A DNA stretch of 64,000 bases from an uncultured Nakamurella sp. (GCA_964250735.1 CAXUHA010000011.1:25102-89101); one strand, 5' to 3'; positions 9,636-19,762 are shown, counted from the first letter of the stretch. A program made the numbers and translations. The notes: generated by a model not told the origin, from the sequence alone.

Positions 9636-11756
9636 ATGGCGACCGCTGTGGCGACGACCGGCCAGGACACACCAGCCCGGAAGCGGTCTACCGGAAAGCG
9701 CGGTGCCATAGCTGCGCTGGTTGTCTCGCTGCCGGACCGGTTGACGACGTGGTTCCTGACGGTGTCGGTCGTGGTGTCCATCGCCTTGCTGGCCGGCCAG
9801 TTCCGGCCGGTCCTGGTGCTCCCGGCCGCCGTGCTGGCGGTCATCCTGACCAGAGGAATGATTCCGCGGTCGCCGCAGGTCAGCCGGGCTACGGTGGCCG
9901 GCGCCGGTGCGGCGCTGGTGTTGGCGGTGGCCTGGTACCTCATCCAGCGGGGATACACCGCGGAGATGATCGGGCTGGACCGCGATCCGGCCCAGTACAC
10001 GTTGTCGGCGCTCTACCTGATCAATCATGGCTCGCCCGAGGTGTCGCTGGATCCGGCGCTGCCGTCGTTGGCGGCGCAGGTCCCCGGTCTGCTCACCGAC
10101 TTCCTGCAGGGCAACTCGGGCGCCGTCAACCACATCCAGGGCAACGACCTGCTACCCGGGCTGTTGGCCGTGTTCGGCTGGGTGCACGGCACGGCCGGCG
10201 TGCTGACCGGCAACGTGGCGCTCGGTGCTCTGGCATTGCTGTCCGTGTACGCACTGGCCCGTCGCATCCTGGGGCCGCTGTGGGCGCTCGCCCCCATGGT
10301 CCTGCTGGCCGTGACGATGCCCCTGGCCGCGTTCTCCCGGATGCCGTACACGGAGCCGACCGCCCTGGTGTTCGTCTGCGGCATGATGGTCGCGCTCTGG
10401 GTGGCGATCGAGACGAGCAGCCTTCGCCTGTTCGCGCTCTCCGGCGTCTTCGCCGGCGCCACCATGATGGCCCGGATCGACGGCGGGCTGACTCTGTTGG
10501 CCGGTCTGGCCGCCGTCAGTCTCCTCGCGGTGGGGCCGGTGTCGACGGCCCGCCGCCGCCACGGCCGACTGGCCATCCTGACGTTCGCCTGGGGTGCCGT
10601 GCCGGCGGCCGCCCTGGGTTGGCTGGACCTGGCCGTGCACAGTCCGAAGTACCTTTCCGGGCTCAAGGGCGAGCTGTATCCGGTGCTCGCCGCGGTGCCG
10701 GTGATCTTGGTGCTCGGGTTGGGACTGAGCCTGCTGCGCAGCGTCACCGGACGCGTGGCCACGTGGATGGCCAACCACCGCAAAGGTCTGGCTGTGGCCG
10801 CCGGAGTCGTGGTCGGGCTGGGCTGCGTGGCCATGGTGACCCGTCCGTGGTGGCTCGTCGACCACTTCGTGAAGAACCGGGACGGCGGCGACTATGTCGG
10901 CTCGGTCGCCGCGCGGCAGCGGGCGGAGGGTCTGCCGGTCGACGGCAGCCGAAGCTATGACGAGATGACCGTCAGCTGGCTGGCCTGGTACCTGAGCTGG
11001 AAAGTCGTGGTCGCCGCCCTGATCGGGGCGGTCCTGGCCGCGGTCCGGTTCTGTCGGCGGCGTGACGCCAGACTGCTCGCGATGTGGGTCGTCCCGGTTC
11101 TCATCGGCCTGGCCTATCTGAACAAGATCTCCATCACCCCGGACCAGATCTGGGCGCTGCGCAGGCTGCTCCCGGTCGTCATCCCGGCGACCGCCATCAG
11201 CGCGGTCTTCGCGTTCCGCGCGGTGGTGTCGGCACTGCCGAGGTTCCGGCCGGTCGGCGTGCTGGCGGTGGTCGTGGTGGTGCTGATGCCCGTCTCCACC
11301 TGGGGAAAGATGTTCGATTCCCGAGAAGGCGTCGGCGAGTACGACCTGGTCCACCAGATCTGCGGCCTGGCCGGCAACGGCCTGATCGTCCAGGCCGGTC
11401 CCTACCCGATCATGGGTTCCGCCCTCCCGGCGCTGCAGGAACTCTGCTCGGACAAGGCGGTGTCGATCCTGGCTCCCAGCCTGAGCAGCATGTCGGCGAT
11501 CAGGGCGGCGTGGACGGGCGCGGGTCCGATCACCGTGGTGGCGTTCTTCCCGGGCGCGGTGACCTGGACGACGCCGGTGAATCCGACCAAACCGCTGGCC
11601 AAGGTGGTGTTCTCCCGCTGGGAGAGCGTGATCTCACGACGACCGAGCAATCTCAACCTCCAGCAGGTGTCGGTCTGGATGGGAACGCTTCAGGCGTCGG
11701 GGGAGGTCACTCCGCTGAGCAGGGCTCCGTTCCCGGCGCTGCTGCCCGGACCCTGA
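9636..11756 (+). CDS. Multi-pass membrane protein, GT-C glycosyltransferase-like
   Basis: More than 10 TM segments; acidic DRDPAQY motif in the first large loop; YTEPT and RIDG motifs; soluble C-terminal domain. Confidence 0.6.
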   Translation: MATAVATTGQDTPARKRSTGKRGAIAALVVSLPDRLTTWFLTVSVVVSIALLAGQFRPVLVLPAAVLAVILTRGMIPRSPQVSRATVAGAGAALVLAVAWYLIQRGYTAEMIGLDRDPAQYTLSALYLINHGSPEVSLDPALPSLAAQVPGLLTDFLQGNSGAVNHIQGNDLLPGLLAVFGWVHGTAGVLTGNVALGALALLSVYALARRILGPLWALAPMVLLAVTMPLAAFSRMPYTEPTALVFVCGMMVALWVAIETSSLRLFALSGVFAGATMMARIDGGLTLLAGLAAVSLLAVGPVSTARRRHGRLAILTFAWGAVPAAALGWLDLAVHSPKYLSGLKGELYPVLAAVPVILVLGLGLSLLRSVTGRVATWMANHRKGLAVAAGVVVGLGCVAMVTRPWWLVDHFVKNRDGGDYVGSVAARQRAEGLPVDGSRSYDEMTVSWLAWYLSWKVVVAALIGAVLAAVRFCRRRDARLLAMWVVPVLIGLAYLNKISITPDQIWALRRLLPVVIPATAISAVFAFRAVVSALPRFRPVGVLAVVVVVLMPVSTWGKMFDSREGVGEYDLVHQICGLAGNGLIVQAGPYPIMGSALPALQELCSDKAVSILAPSLSSMSAIRAAWTGAGPITVVAFFPGAVTWTTPVNPTKPLAKVVFSRWESVISRRPSNLNLQQVSVWMGTLQASGEVTPLSRAPFPALLPGP

Positions 11757-11779
11757 CCGGCGACCAGGCGCTTCGGGCG

Positions 11780-13105
11780 TCAGCCGGTCGGCCGGACCTC
11801 GATGTGCTGATGGGTGCAGCTGTCGGCAAAGAATCGCACCCCGGCCCGGATGCGGGCGGTGGACCGGCCCGGGCACCGACTCTGGCCCAAACCGGCGCCG
11901 GCCGGCAGAATGGTCGAGGCGTACGAGACGAAGGCCCGGTCCAGGCTCGGCCGGTCGGGACCCCAGAAGCCGCCGAAACTGGTGGCCGTTCCGGTCCGCA
12001 GGTCCCAGGCGCCCCCCATGTCGACGGCCCTGCCCTTGGGGTGCTGCAGCGCATCGCATCGGTGGCCAGTGACGAGGTAATTGACCTTGATCCGGTACCT
12101 GTCCGTGACGCGGACCAGGAACTGCAGCAATGTGACGTCGAGGCGGACGGACCGGCCGCACGAGCCGCTGTTCCTGATCGTCTGGCCGCGGCTCGCCGCC
12201 TGCAGGTCGTGGTAGGCGTCGGGCAGGCCCGTCACCCGGCCACCCCACATGGCAAGCAACTGCCGCGCGACCGCCGCCGCGGTGGTGGTCCGCGGGGTGT
12301 GGGTGTGCCACACCACGCGACCGTCGGCTCTGTGCAACGACAGGTCGCCGTCCGGGCCGATGCTGAGCCGGCCGGCGGGCCCGGCCCCGCCGGTGCTCCA
12401 CAGCACGCGATGGTTGCGGGCGTAGACGACCAGATTGCCGTCCCTCTGCAACTGGACAAAAGCCCCGGGGTGCCGCTGCGTGCCGGCGTCCCAGATCGGG
12501 GTGGTCCCGCGGCGCAGCACCAGGTTGCCGTCACCCTGCATGTGCAGACTCTCCCGGCCGCGGCCGGTGAGGAACTGCCCCGCGGCGAGTACGTGTCCGG
12601 CGTCGAGTTCCACTGCTGCGGTCCCCAGCTGCCAGACCAGGCGGCCGGACGCACCGCGCACGGTGATGTTGCCGTCGTCCTGAACGAGCCATCGATTGGC
12701 GGCGCCCCTGGTGTGGGTCGCCCACAGCTGACGCCTGGTTCTGCTGAACACGCCGACATCACCGGATGCGGTCATCATCAGGTAGTTACCGGTGCCACGG
12801 GTTCTGGACGACCACATCAGGTGGCCACCGGAGAGCAGCGTCAGGTTGCCGTCCCGTTGCATGTGCAGGGTGACGAACCGGTCGGGCGAGGCCAGCCAGG
12901 ACCCGGCCGGGAGCCGCTGTCCAGCAGACAATCCGGACGGCAGGGGCCGTCCGGGCGCCGGCCGCGCCGCGGCGGCGGCTGTGGTGGCGGCGGCGGCGGC
13001 GGGGGAAGCGGAGACCACCCCGCCGACGGTCGTCACCACGACGACCAGGACGGCTAGGGCTCCGCGACGGGGGCGGGGTCGCGATGTCGGACGTTGTGGC
13101 ACCAA
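11780..13105 (-). CDS. Secreted protein with two bulb-type lectin domains and a C-terminal Zn-peptidase-like domain
   Basis: Signal peptide; QxDGN motifs (MQRDGNL, VQDDGNI, MQGDGNL, LQRDGNLVVY); C-terminal HPKGRAVD (Hx6D) and HQH. Confidence 0.75.
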   Translation of the reverse strand: MVPQRPTSRPRPRRGALAVLVVVVTTVGGVVSASPAAAAATTAAAAARPAPGRPLPSGLSAGQRLPAGSWLASPDRFVTLHMQRDGNLTLLSGGHLMWSSRTRGTGNYLMMTASGDVGVFSRTRRQLWATHTRGAANRWLVQDDGNITVRGASGRLVWQLGTAAVELDAGHVLAAGQFLTGRGRESLHMQGDGNLVLRRGTTPIWDAGTQRHPGAFVQLQRDGNLVVYARNHRVLWSTGGAGPAGRLSIGPDGDLSLHRADGRVVWHTHTPRTTTAAAVARQLLAMWGGRVTGLPDAYHDLQAASRGQTIRNSGSCGRSVRLDVTLLQFLVRVTDRYRIKVNYLVTGHRCDALQHPKGRAVDMGGAWDLRTGTATSFGGFWGPDRPSLDRAFVSYASTILPAGAGLGQSRCPGRSTARIRAGVRFFADSCTHQHIEVRPTG

Positions 13106-13192
13106 CCGGGCTCCTCGTCGGGCATCTCACATCGATGCGAGCCCGCCACGCCAGCCGGACGAGGAATCGAAGGCTACGCCGGCGATCGGTCC

Positions 13193-14170
13193 TTACGGCA
13201 GTGCCGGACCCGGGAAGATCTCGTCGATGGCGGCCAGGTCGGCGGCGTCCGGAGTCCACCGATCGGCTGCGGCGGCGTTGGCCACGACCTGGGCCGGCGA
13301 GGTGGCTCCGGCGATCACCGAGGACACCGCCGGCCGGGAAAGCAGCCAGCCGAAGGCCGCGTCCACCATGGTGATGTCCCGCTCCCGGCAAAACACCTCC
13401 AGCATCTCCAGCGCCGCCCACGGCGCCGACTCCAGCAACGCCGGCTTCAGATCGGCCAACCGGGTTCCGGCCGGCCGGGCGTCGCGATGGAACTTCCCGG
13501 TCAGCAGGCCGTTCGCCAACGGGAAGAAGGGCAGCACCCCGACGCCGAAATGGTCGGCCGCGGGCAGAAGCTCCGCCTCGACACCCCGCTGGAGCAGCGA
13601 GTACTCGTTCTGCGCCGAGACGAAGCGCGACGTCCCGAGTTCGCGGGCGATCCAGTCGGCGTCGGCCAGTTGCCATCCGGCGAAATTGGAGTGGCCGATG
13701 TACCGCACCTTCCCGGACCTGACCAGATCGTCGAGCGCGGCCAACGTCTCGGAGATCGGGGTGAGCGGATCCGGCTGGTGCAGTTGGTAGAGATCGATCC
13801 AGTCGGTCCGCAGCCGCCGCAGCGAGGCTTCGACGGCCTGCCGGATGTAACGCCGGGACCCCCGGGCGCCGTCGTCCCGCCCGTTCGCACCTTGCGCGTC
13901 CATGCCGAACTTGGTGGCCAGAACCACCTGGTCGCGGCGGCTGCCCAGCGTCTCGCCGAGAATCTCCTCACTCAGGCCCGGTCGCGCACCGTAGATGTCG
14001 GCCACGTCGAAGAGTGTGACGCCGGCGTCGATCGCGGCGTCCACGACCGCTCGGCTCCCGGTGAGATCTGCGGTGACGGTACCTTCTCGGCCCAGGTTGT
14101 TGCAGCCGAGACCGGTGGCCGACACGGCCAGACCGGACTGGCCCAGACGTCGCAGCGCCGGGTTGGACAT
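13193..14170 (-). CDS. Aldo/keto reductase
   Basis: GLGCNNLG, FDVADIYG, LATKFG, SLRRLRTDWIDLYQLH, QNEYSLL. Confidence 0.95.
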   Translation of the reverse strand: MSNPALRRLGQSGLAVSATGLGCNNLGREGTVTADLTGSRAVVDAAIDAGVTLFDVADIYGARPGLSEEILGETLGSRRDQVVLATKFGMDAQGANGRDDGARGSRRYIRQAVEASLRRLRTDWIDLYQLHQPDPLTPISETLAALDDLVRSGKVRYIGHSNFAGWQLADADWIARELGTSRFVSAQNEYSLLQRGVEAELLPAADHFGVGVLPFFPLANGLLTGKFHRDARPAGTRLADLKPALLESAPWAALEMLEVFCRERDITMVDAAFGWLLSRPAVSSVIAGATSPAQVVANAAAADRWTPDAADLAAIDEIFPGPALP

Positions 14171-14257
14171 GCTCGCTAGCGTACGATGCCACGAATTGCA
14201 CCGTGCGCGGCAGGGCGCCCCAGCACCCGATTCTTTCAACGAATCGAAGGAGAATTC

Positions 14258-15559
14258 ATGGCCGACGGCCGAATCGCAGTGATCGGCAGTGGCTACGTCG
14301 GCCTGACCTCAGGGGCCTGCCTTGCGAGTCTGGGACACGATGTCGTCTGCGGCGATTCCGATGCGAACAAGGTCGCTTCGCTGACCCGCGGAGAGGTGCC
14401 GATCCTGGAACCCGGTCTGGACGACATGGTGGCCAAGGGCCTGGAGTCGGGCCAGCTCACCTTCGTCCACGGGGCCGTGGAGGCGGCCCGGGGCGCGAAG
14501 TACATCTTCCTGTGTCTGCCGACGCCCGACGGGGGCGACGGGCGGGCCGACCTGCGGATCGTGCACAACGTGGTCACCGAGATCGGGCCGGTGCTCGACC
14601 CGGGAGCCATCCTGGTCACCAAGTCGACGGTGCCGGTGGGCACCGCCCAGGACATCACCGTGACGGTGGATCGGCCGGATGTCGCAGTCGTGTCGAACCC
14701 GGAGTTTCTGCAGGAGGGCACCGCGGTGCGGAACTTCATGAACCCGGACCGGATCGTCGTCGGATCTACCGACCGTGCCGCCGCCGTGGCGGTCGCCGAC
14801 CTGTACATCGGACTCGGGGCACCCGCGGTGGTCACGTCTGCGGAGTCCTCCGAACTGATCAAATACGCCTCGAACGCCTTTCTGGCCATGAAGTTGTCGT
14901 TCATCAACTCGGTCGGTGCCCTCGCCGAGACGGTCGGTGCCGATGTCGCCGAAATCGCCCACGGGATGGGATTCGACGAGCGGATCGGGCCGAAGTTCCT
15001 GCGTACCGGGCCGGGCTGGGGCGGGTCGTGCTTCCCGAAGGACACCAGGGCTCTGGCCATGATCGCGGCGGACAACGACGTCTCATTTCCGCTGTTGAAA
15101 GCGACCACGGTGTCCAATGAGGAGGCGCAGGACCGGGTCGCCGACAAGGTCCGAGTCGCCGCGGGCGGCTCGCTGCGGGGGGTCCAGGTCGCGCTGTGGG
15201 GGTTGACCTTCAAGGCCGGCACCGACGACCTGCGCGATTCGCCGGCGTTGGCGGTGGCCCGCCGACTGGCCGCCCAGGGTGCCGTTCTCAGAGGTTTCGA
15301 CCCGGCGATCACGGTGGACGTCGAGGCCGGTAAGGACCGACCCGACATTTCGGTGGCACCCGACCCCTATTCAGCGGCAGCAGGTGCCGCGGTGGTCGTC
15401 GTCCTCACCGAGTGGCCGGTGTTCGGCGAACTGGACCTGGTGAAGGTGGCCGAAGCGATGTCCGGACGGGTGATCGTGGACGGGCGGGGGATCATCGACC
15501 CTGCCCAGGCCGCCGCCGCGGGCTTCCGTCTCGTCCCGCTGGGACGTCCGCCCTACTGA
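14258..15559 (+). CDS. ugd: UDP-glucose 6-dehydrogenase
   Basis: GSGYVG, KSTVP, SNPEFLQEG, KYASNAFLA, GWGGSCFPKD, FKAGTDDLRDSP. Confidence 0.95.
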   Translation: MADGRIAVIGSGYVGLTSGACLASLGHDVVCGDSDANKVASLTRGEVPILEPGLDDMVAKGLESGQLTFVHGAVEAARGAKYIFLCLPTPDGGDGRADLRIVHNVVTEIGPVLDPGAILVTKSTVPVGTAQDITVTVDRPDVAVVSNPEFLQEGTAVRNFMNPDRIVVGSTDRAAAVAVADLYIGLGAPAVVTSAESSELIKYASNAFLAMKLSFINSVGALAETVGADVAEIAHGMGFDERIGPKFLRTGPGWGGSCFPKDTRALAMIAADNDVSFPLLKATTVSNEEAQDRVADKVRVAAGGSLRGVQVALWGLTFKAGTDDLRDSPALAVARRLAAQGAVLRGFDPAITVDVEAGKDRPDISVAPDPYSAAAGAAVVVVLTEWPVFGELDLVKVAEAMSGRVIVDGRGIIDPAQAAAAGFRLVPLGRPPY

Positions 15560-15634
15560 CCCGGACGCCCGGGTTCGCACACGGGCCGGGGTCAGAGCGT
15601 CAACCCCGCGACGGTCTGACCGGGGTGCGACGGT

Positions 15635-16924
15635 CTACGGGGACGTCGTGGTGGTCCTGGTCGCCTCGACCGTCGTCGTGACGGTCGTGCTGGTCGGAAC
15701 GGTGCTGGTCGTGGGCACGGTGCTGGTCGTGGGGACGGTGCTCGTGGTCGGCACTGTGCTGGTGCTGGACACGGTGCTGGTCGAAATGCTGGTGATCGGC
15801 AGGCTGGTGATTGACACGCTGGTGGTCGACACGCTGGTGGTCGCAACGGTGCTGGTCGACGGGGTGGTCCGGACGACCGAGGTGCTGTTGTCGCTCGTCG
15901 TCACCGGCGGCGGCGGTGTTCTGCTGGTGGGAGGTCTACGGGTCCGGGTCGGCGGCGGGGCAGGGGTGGACACAGGCGGGAAGCTCGTCATAGTCGGAAA
16001 GCTCGGGTAGGTCGGCTCGGGCGTGTAGGTGGGCTGGGGGGCGTAGGTCGGGACGCTGGGGTAGGTGGGCCCGGGTCCATAGGTAGGCCCTGGAGTATAG
16101 GTGGGCCCTGGGACGTAGGTGGGAACGCCGGGGTAGGTCGGCTCGGGTGCATAGGTGGGCCCGGGGGCGTAGGTCGGGACGCTGGGGTAGGTGGGTCCGG
16201 GGGCGTAGGTCGGCACGCCGGGGTAGGTGGGTCCGGGGGCGTAGGTGGGCCCAGGAACGGTGGGGAAGGCGGTGATGCCCGGGAACCCGGGAATGGTGGT
16301 CGGCATCGGCGTGCCACCGGCGGTGGGCACGAACGGCGCGGTCACAATCTCCGGCCCGGTGGTGATCGGCGCCGCGCCGGACCCGGAGGCTCCCGGGGTA
16401 CCGCTGCCCGGATCGCCCGGCCCAGGACCACCCTGCCCAGGACCACCCGGAGGGCTGGTTCCATCGGTACCGGCCGACGCATTCGACGTCCCGGTCCACT
16501 GGGTTCCTGCGCCGGGCCGCGCACCTGCACTGTCGGATCCGGAACCGGACAAACGGTAGGTGCCGGGCAAGGTGCCGAGCACCGCCAACCGGCGGATGGA
16601 GCCGTCCGAAGCGGTCACGATCGCGGTGAGTTTTCCGTCGACCGTCGTCATCGGCGCGGTGACGGTGACCTGGGTGGCGAGCCCGTTCTGATCGATCGAC
16701 GCCACGACGCCGGTCTGGTCGGAGGTCACCACCGCCGGTCGATCAGGCCCGCTCGGGCCCTGTGCATCCGGACCTCTACCGGCATGCCCGCCGATGGTGG
16801 TCGCGACCACGGCGATCACCGCGGCGACCACACCGCCGGCGACCACCATCGCCCGATGCTGCCTCATCGGGGGCGGGCTGGCGGCATGCCGCGGGCGACC
16901 GACCCTTTGATGCGGTTCCGTCAA
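15635..16924 (-). CDS. Membrane-anchored Pro/Thr/Tyr-rich repeat protein
   Basis: N-terminal RPRHAA plus a TM helix, a short globular segment, 14 PTYxxx hexapeptides and a Thr-rich tail; GGAG upstream of the TTG start. Confidence 0.7.
   Translation of the reverse strand: MTEPHQRVGRPRHAASPPPMRQHRAMVVAGGVVAAVIAVVATTIGGHAGRGPDAQGPSGPDRPAVVTSDQTGVVASIDQNGLATQVTVTAPMTTVDGKLTAIVTASDGSIRRLAVLGTLPGTYRLSGSGSDSAGARPGAGTQWTGTSNASAGTDGTSPPGGPGQGGPGPGDPGSGTPGASGSGAAPITTGPEIVTAPFVPTAGGTPMPTTIPGFPGITAFPTVPGPTYAPGPTYPGVPTYAPGPTYPSVPTYAPGPTYAPEPTYPGVPTYVPGPTYTPGPTYGPGPTYPSVPTYAPQPTYTPEPTYPSFPTMTSFPPVSTPAPPPTRTRRPPTSRTPPPPVTTSDNSTSVVRTTPSTSTVATTSVSTTSVSITSLPITSISTSTVSSTSTVPTTSTVPTTSTVPTTSTVPTSTTVTTTVEATRTTTTSP
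15998..16249 (-). repeat. 14 x 18-bp coding repeat (PTYAPG/PTYPSV-type units)
   Basis: (g/a)taggt recurs every 18 bp on the + strand. Confidence 0.9.
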
Positions 16925-17062
16925 CTGAGCACTCCGTTCGAATCCGCCCTATCAAACCCCGATTCGCCACGATCAGGTTGCCAGTAGGGTCGTCGGAGGT
17001 CCACTTCGGGTTACGGTTGAGCGCGTCGGGCCCCGTAAATCACCCGTTCAGTCCTGGAACGG

Positions 17063-18397
17063 TCACGGTCGGGCGATGCCCAGCTGCCAGTCGTCCAGGT
17101 ACTCGGCCGCGAATCCGGCCTGCGAATAGGCCAGGTAGAAGTTCCACATCCGGATGAAGGTGTCGTCGAAACCGAGCTCCGCGATCCGCGGCAGTTCGGC
17201 GTTGAAGCGGTGGCGCCACTGTTCCAAGGTCGGCACGTACGACAACCCGAGCCTGCGGCTCTCCTGCACCCGCAGCGAGGTGTGGGAAGCCAGCACGTCG
17301 TCGATGGCCCGCAGCGACGGCAGGATGCCGCCCGGGAAGACGTACTTGTGCACCCAGGTGTAGCCGTTGCGGGTCTCCAACAGGCGATCATGGGCGATGG
17401 TGATGGACTGCAGCCCGAGCCGGCCACCCGGCACCAGCATCCGGTCGACGCAGGAGAAGTAATCCGGCCAGTACTTCTCGCCGACCGCCTCGATCATTTC
17501 GACACTGACCACCGCGTCGTACCGGCCGTCGTGCGTGGCGGCGTGTGCGCGGTAGTCCTCCAACCGAACGTCGATCAGGTGTGACAGGCCGGCCTCGAAA
17601 ATGCGTTGATCGGCCAGCGCCTTCTGCTCCTCGGACAACGTCAGGGTGGTCACCCGGACGCCCCTTTCCGCGGCGGCCCTGATGGCCAGCCCGCCCCAGC
17701 CGGAACCGATCTCCAGGATGTGGGTGTCCGGCCGCACTCGGGCCAGGTCGAGAATGCCGTCGATCTTGCGGAGCTGCGCCTTGCCCAGGTCGGCGGCACG
17801 GTCGTCGCCGAACTCGTACCAGGCCGAGGAATAGGTCATCGTGTCGTCCAGGAACTGCTGGAACAACGCGTTCGACAGGTCGTAGTGGCGATGGATGTTC
17901 TCCTTCGCGCCGGTCAGGGTGTTCTCCTCGTCCTCGGGTGGACGGCCCTGCCACGCCTTGCGCAGCTTCTGCAGCGACCCGGGCACCAGCACCGACATCC
18001 GCTTGGCCATCACGGTCAGCACCGCAGCCAACTCGTCGGTCGCCGCGTTGAGCTCGGTGGCGCTGAACCTGGCCGCTGGTCGGGATGCGCCCCAACCGCC
18101 GGTGGTGATGTCGCCGGTCATCCACGCTTCACCGAAACCGATCAGGCCTTCGGTGCCCACCCGCCGGAAGAAGGACGTCGGGTTCACCACCTGCAACACG
18201 GGTCCGCCCACCCCCCAGCTCCGACCGTCCGGAAATTGCAGTGTGATGGGGAGATTCCGGACCGCCGCCTTGATCAGGCGCTTGGCCACGGCGGCGTGGA
18301 TCGGGGAGTTCGAGACGTCGAACAGACCCGGCCACACTCCGGCGGAAGGCTGTGGCGCAATCCGGACGCGGGCTTTGGTGGGTGCGAGTAGTGACAT
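17063..18397 (-). CDS. Cyclopropane-fatty-acyl-phospholipid synthase-like SAM methyltransferase
   Basis: NIHRHYDLSN, MTYSSA, LEIGSGWG, SVEMIEAVG, YVFPGG, RMWNFYLAY. Confidence 0.92.
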   Translation of the reverse strand: MSLLAPTKARVRIAPQPSAGVWPGLFDVSNSPIHAAVAKRLIKAAVRNLPITLQFPDGRSWGVGGPVLQVVNPTSFFRRVGTEGLIGFGEAWMTGDITTGGWGASRPAARFSATELNAATDELAAVLTVMAKRMSVLVPGSLQKLRKAWQGRPPEDEENTLTGAKENIHRHYDLSNALFQQFLDDTMTYSSAWYEFGDDRAADLGKAQLRKIDGILDLARVRPDTHILEIGSGWGGLAIRAAAERGVRVTTLTLSEEQKALADQRIFEAGLSHLIDVRLEDYRAHAATHDGRYDAVVSVEMIEAVGEKYWPDYFSCVDRMLVPGGRLGLQSITIAHDRLLETRNGYTWVHKYVFPGGILPSLRAIDDVLASHTSLRVQESRRLGLSYVPTLEQWRHRFNAELPRIAELGFDDTFIRMWNFYLAYSQAGFAAEYLDDWQLGIARP

Positions 18398-18537
18398 GGG
18401 CGACAAGGCTCCTTCATCGAAAGCGCGAGATGGTGCGGCGAGAATCGGCCATGGAGTCAGGAATGGGCCCTCCCGAATGATCATTCGGAGGCCGCCGCCT
18501 GACGGCTTGGATCGACGGCCGTCAGAAATCCATCCCG

Positions 18538-18993
18538 TCAGCTGAATCCGTGCTGACGCCAGGCCTCGTAGACGGCGATGGACGCGGCATTGGACAGATT
18601 CAACGATCGCCGGCCGGGCAGCATGGGGATCCGCAGCCGGTCGGTGATCCGCGGGTCGGCCAGCACCTCGGCGGGCAACCCCGTCGGTTCGGGGCCGAAC
18701 AGCAGCACGTCGCCCGGCTGGTAACGGATGTCGGAATAGGTCTGGGTCGCACCCGCGGTGAAGGCGAAGACCCTTGCCCCGGGCCAACTTTGGAACGCCG
18801 CCGGCAGGCTGGGATGCACCGTCACCGACGCCAGATCGTGGTAGTCCAATCCGGCCCGACGGAGCTTGCTGTCGGACAGGTCGAAACCGAGGGGTTCGAT
18901 CAGGTGGAGTTCGCACCCGGTGGCGGCCGCGGTTCGAATGGCGTTGCCGGTGTTTCCTGGAATGCGGGGGGTGTGAAAGGCCAGTCGGAACAT
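18538..18993 (-). CDS. trmL: tRNA (cytidine(34)-2'-O)-methyltransferase
   Basis: PRIPGNTGNAIR, LRRAGLDYH, FGPEPTGL, RSLNLSN. Confidence 0.95.
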   Translation of the reverse strand: MFRLAFHTPRIPGNTGNAIRTAAATGCELHLIEPLGFDLSDSKLRRAGLDYHDLASVTVHPSLPAAFQSWPGARVFAFTAGATQTYSDIRYQPGDVLLFGPEPTGLPAEVLADPRITDRLRIPMLPGRRSLNLSNAASIAVYEAWRQHGFS

Positions 18994-19093
18994 GGTGGCC
19001 GATGATGCCAGGCTCGGGATCGTCGCCTCCGATGCCGGGCGGATAGGGTTCATCCGCGGGCGGAGCGACCGGGAACCAGGAGTGGCCAGCGCG

Positions 19094-19762
19094 ATGAGGG
19101 TGATCATCTTCGGTGCGACCGGGATGGTCGGGCAGGCCGTTCTGCGAGAATGCCTACTCGACCAGCGGGTGACCGCGGTGCTGCTGGTCACCCGGTCACC
19201 GGCCGGCGCCGCCGATCCGAAGGTGACCCAGATCGTGCACGAGGACTTCCTGGACTTCAGCTCCATTTCGGTCGAATTGACCGGTTATGACGTGTGCTTC
19301 TTCTGCCTCGGCGTCTCGGCCAACGGGATGACCGAACCCTCGTACCGCCGGACCACCTTCTTCGTGACCATGGCCGCGGCCAGGGAATTGGCCTCGTTGA
19401 ATCCGGCTATGCGTTTCCTGTACATCTCGGGCGCCGGTACCGACAGCACCGAACACGGGCGCTTGATGTGGGCGCGGATCAAGGGCGAAACCGAGAACGC
19501 CGTGCTGTCACTGCCATTCGACGGCTACGCCCTGCGACCCGGCTACATCCAGCCCATGCACGGGGTGAAATCCAAAAATGCGCTGTACCGGAACATGTAT
19601 CGGATCACCGGCCGGATCTACCCGATCCTGTCCAGACTGGCACCCAAGTACGTCATCGGCAGCGATCAACTCGCCCACGCCATGCTGAACATCGCCGCGG
19701 ACGGTACACCGCAGCGCATCCTGGAAAGCTCCGAGCTGGTCGCCCTCTCCCGGTCCGGCTGA
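19094..19762 (+). CDS. NAD(P)-binding epimerase/atypical SDR
   Basis: FGATGMVG, FFCLGVS, MWARIKGETEN, RPGYIQP. Confidence 0.88.
   Translation: MRVIIFGATGMVGQAVLRECLLDQRVTAVLLVTRSPAGAADPKVTQIVHEDFLDFSSISVELTGYDVCFFCLGVSANGMTEPSYRRTTFFVTMAAARELASLNPAMRFLYISGAGTDSTEHGRLMWARIKGETENAVLSLPFDGYALRPGYIQPMHGVKSKNALYRNMYRITGRIYPILSRLAPKYVIGSDQLAHAMLNIAADGTPQRILESSELVALSRSG

Noticed and set aside
16925-17062. Possible c-di-AMP or other riboswitch upstream of the repeat protein
   Set aside because: I could not match the conserved motifs by eye; an Infernal scan would settle it.
18398-18916. N-terminal extension making the cfa-like ORF 617 aa
   Set aside because: It overlaps trmL in another frame; the recognisable protein starts near 18397.
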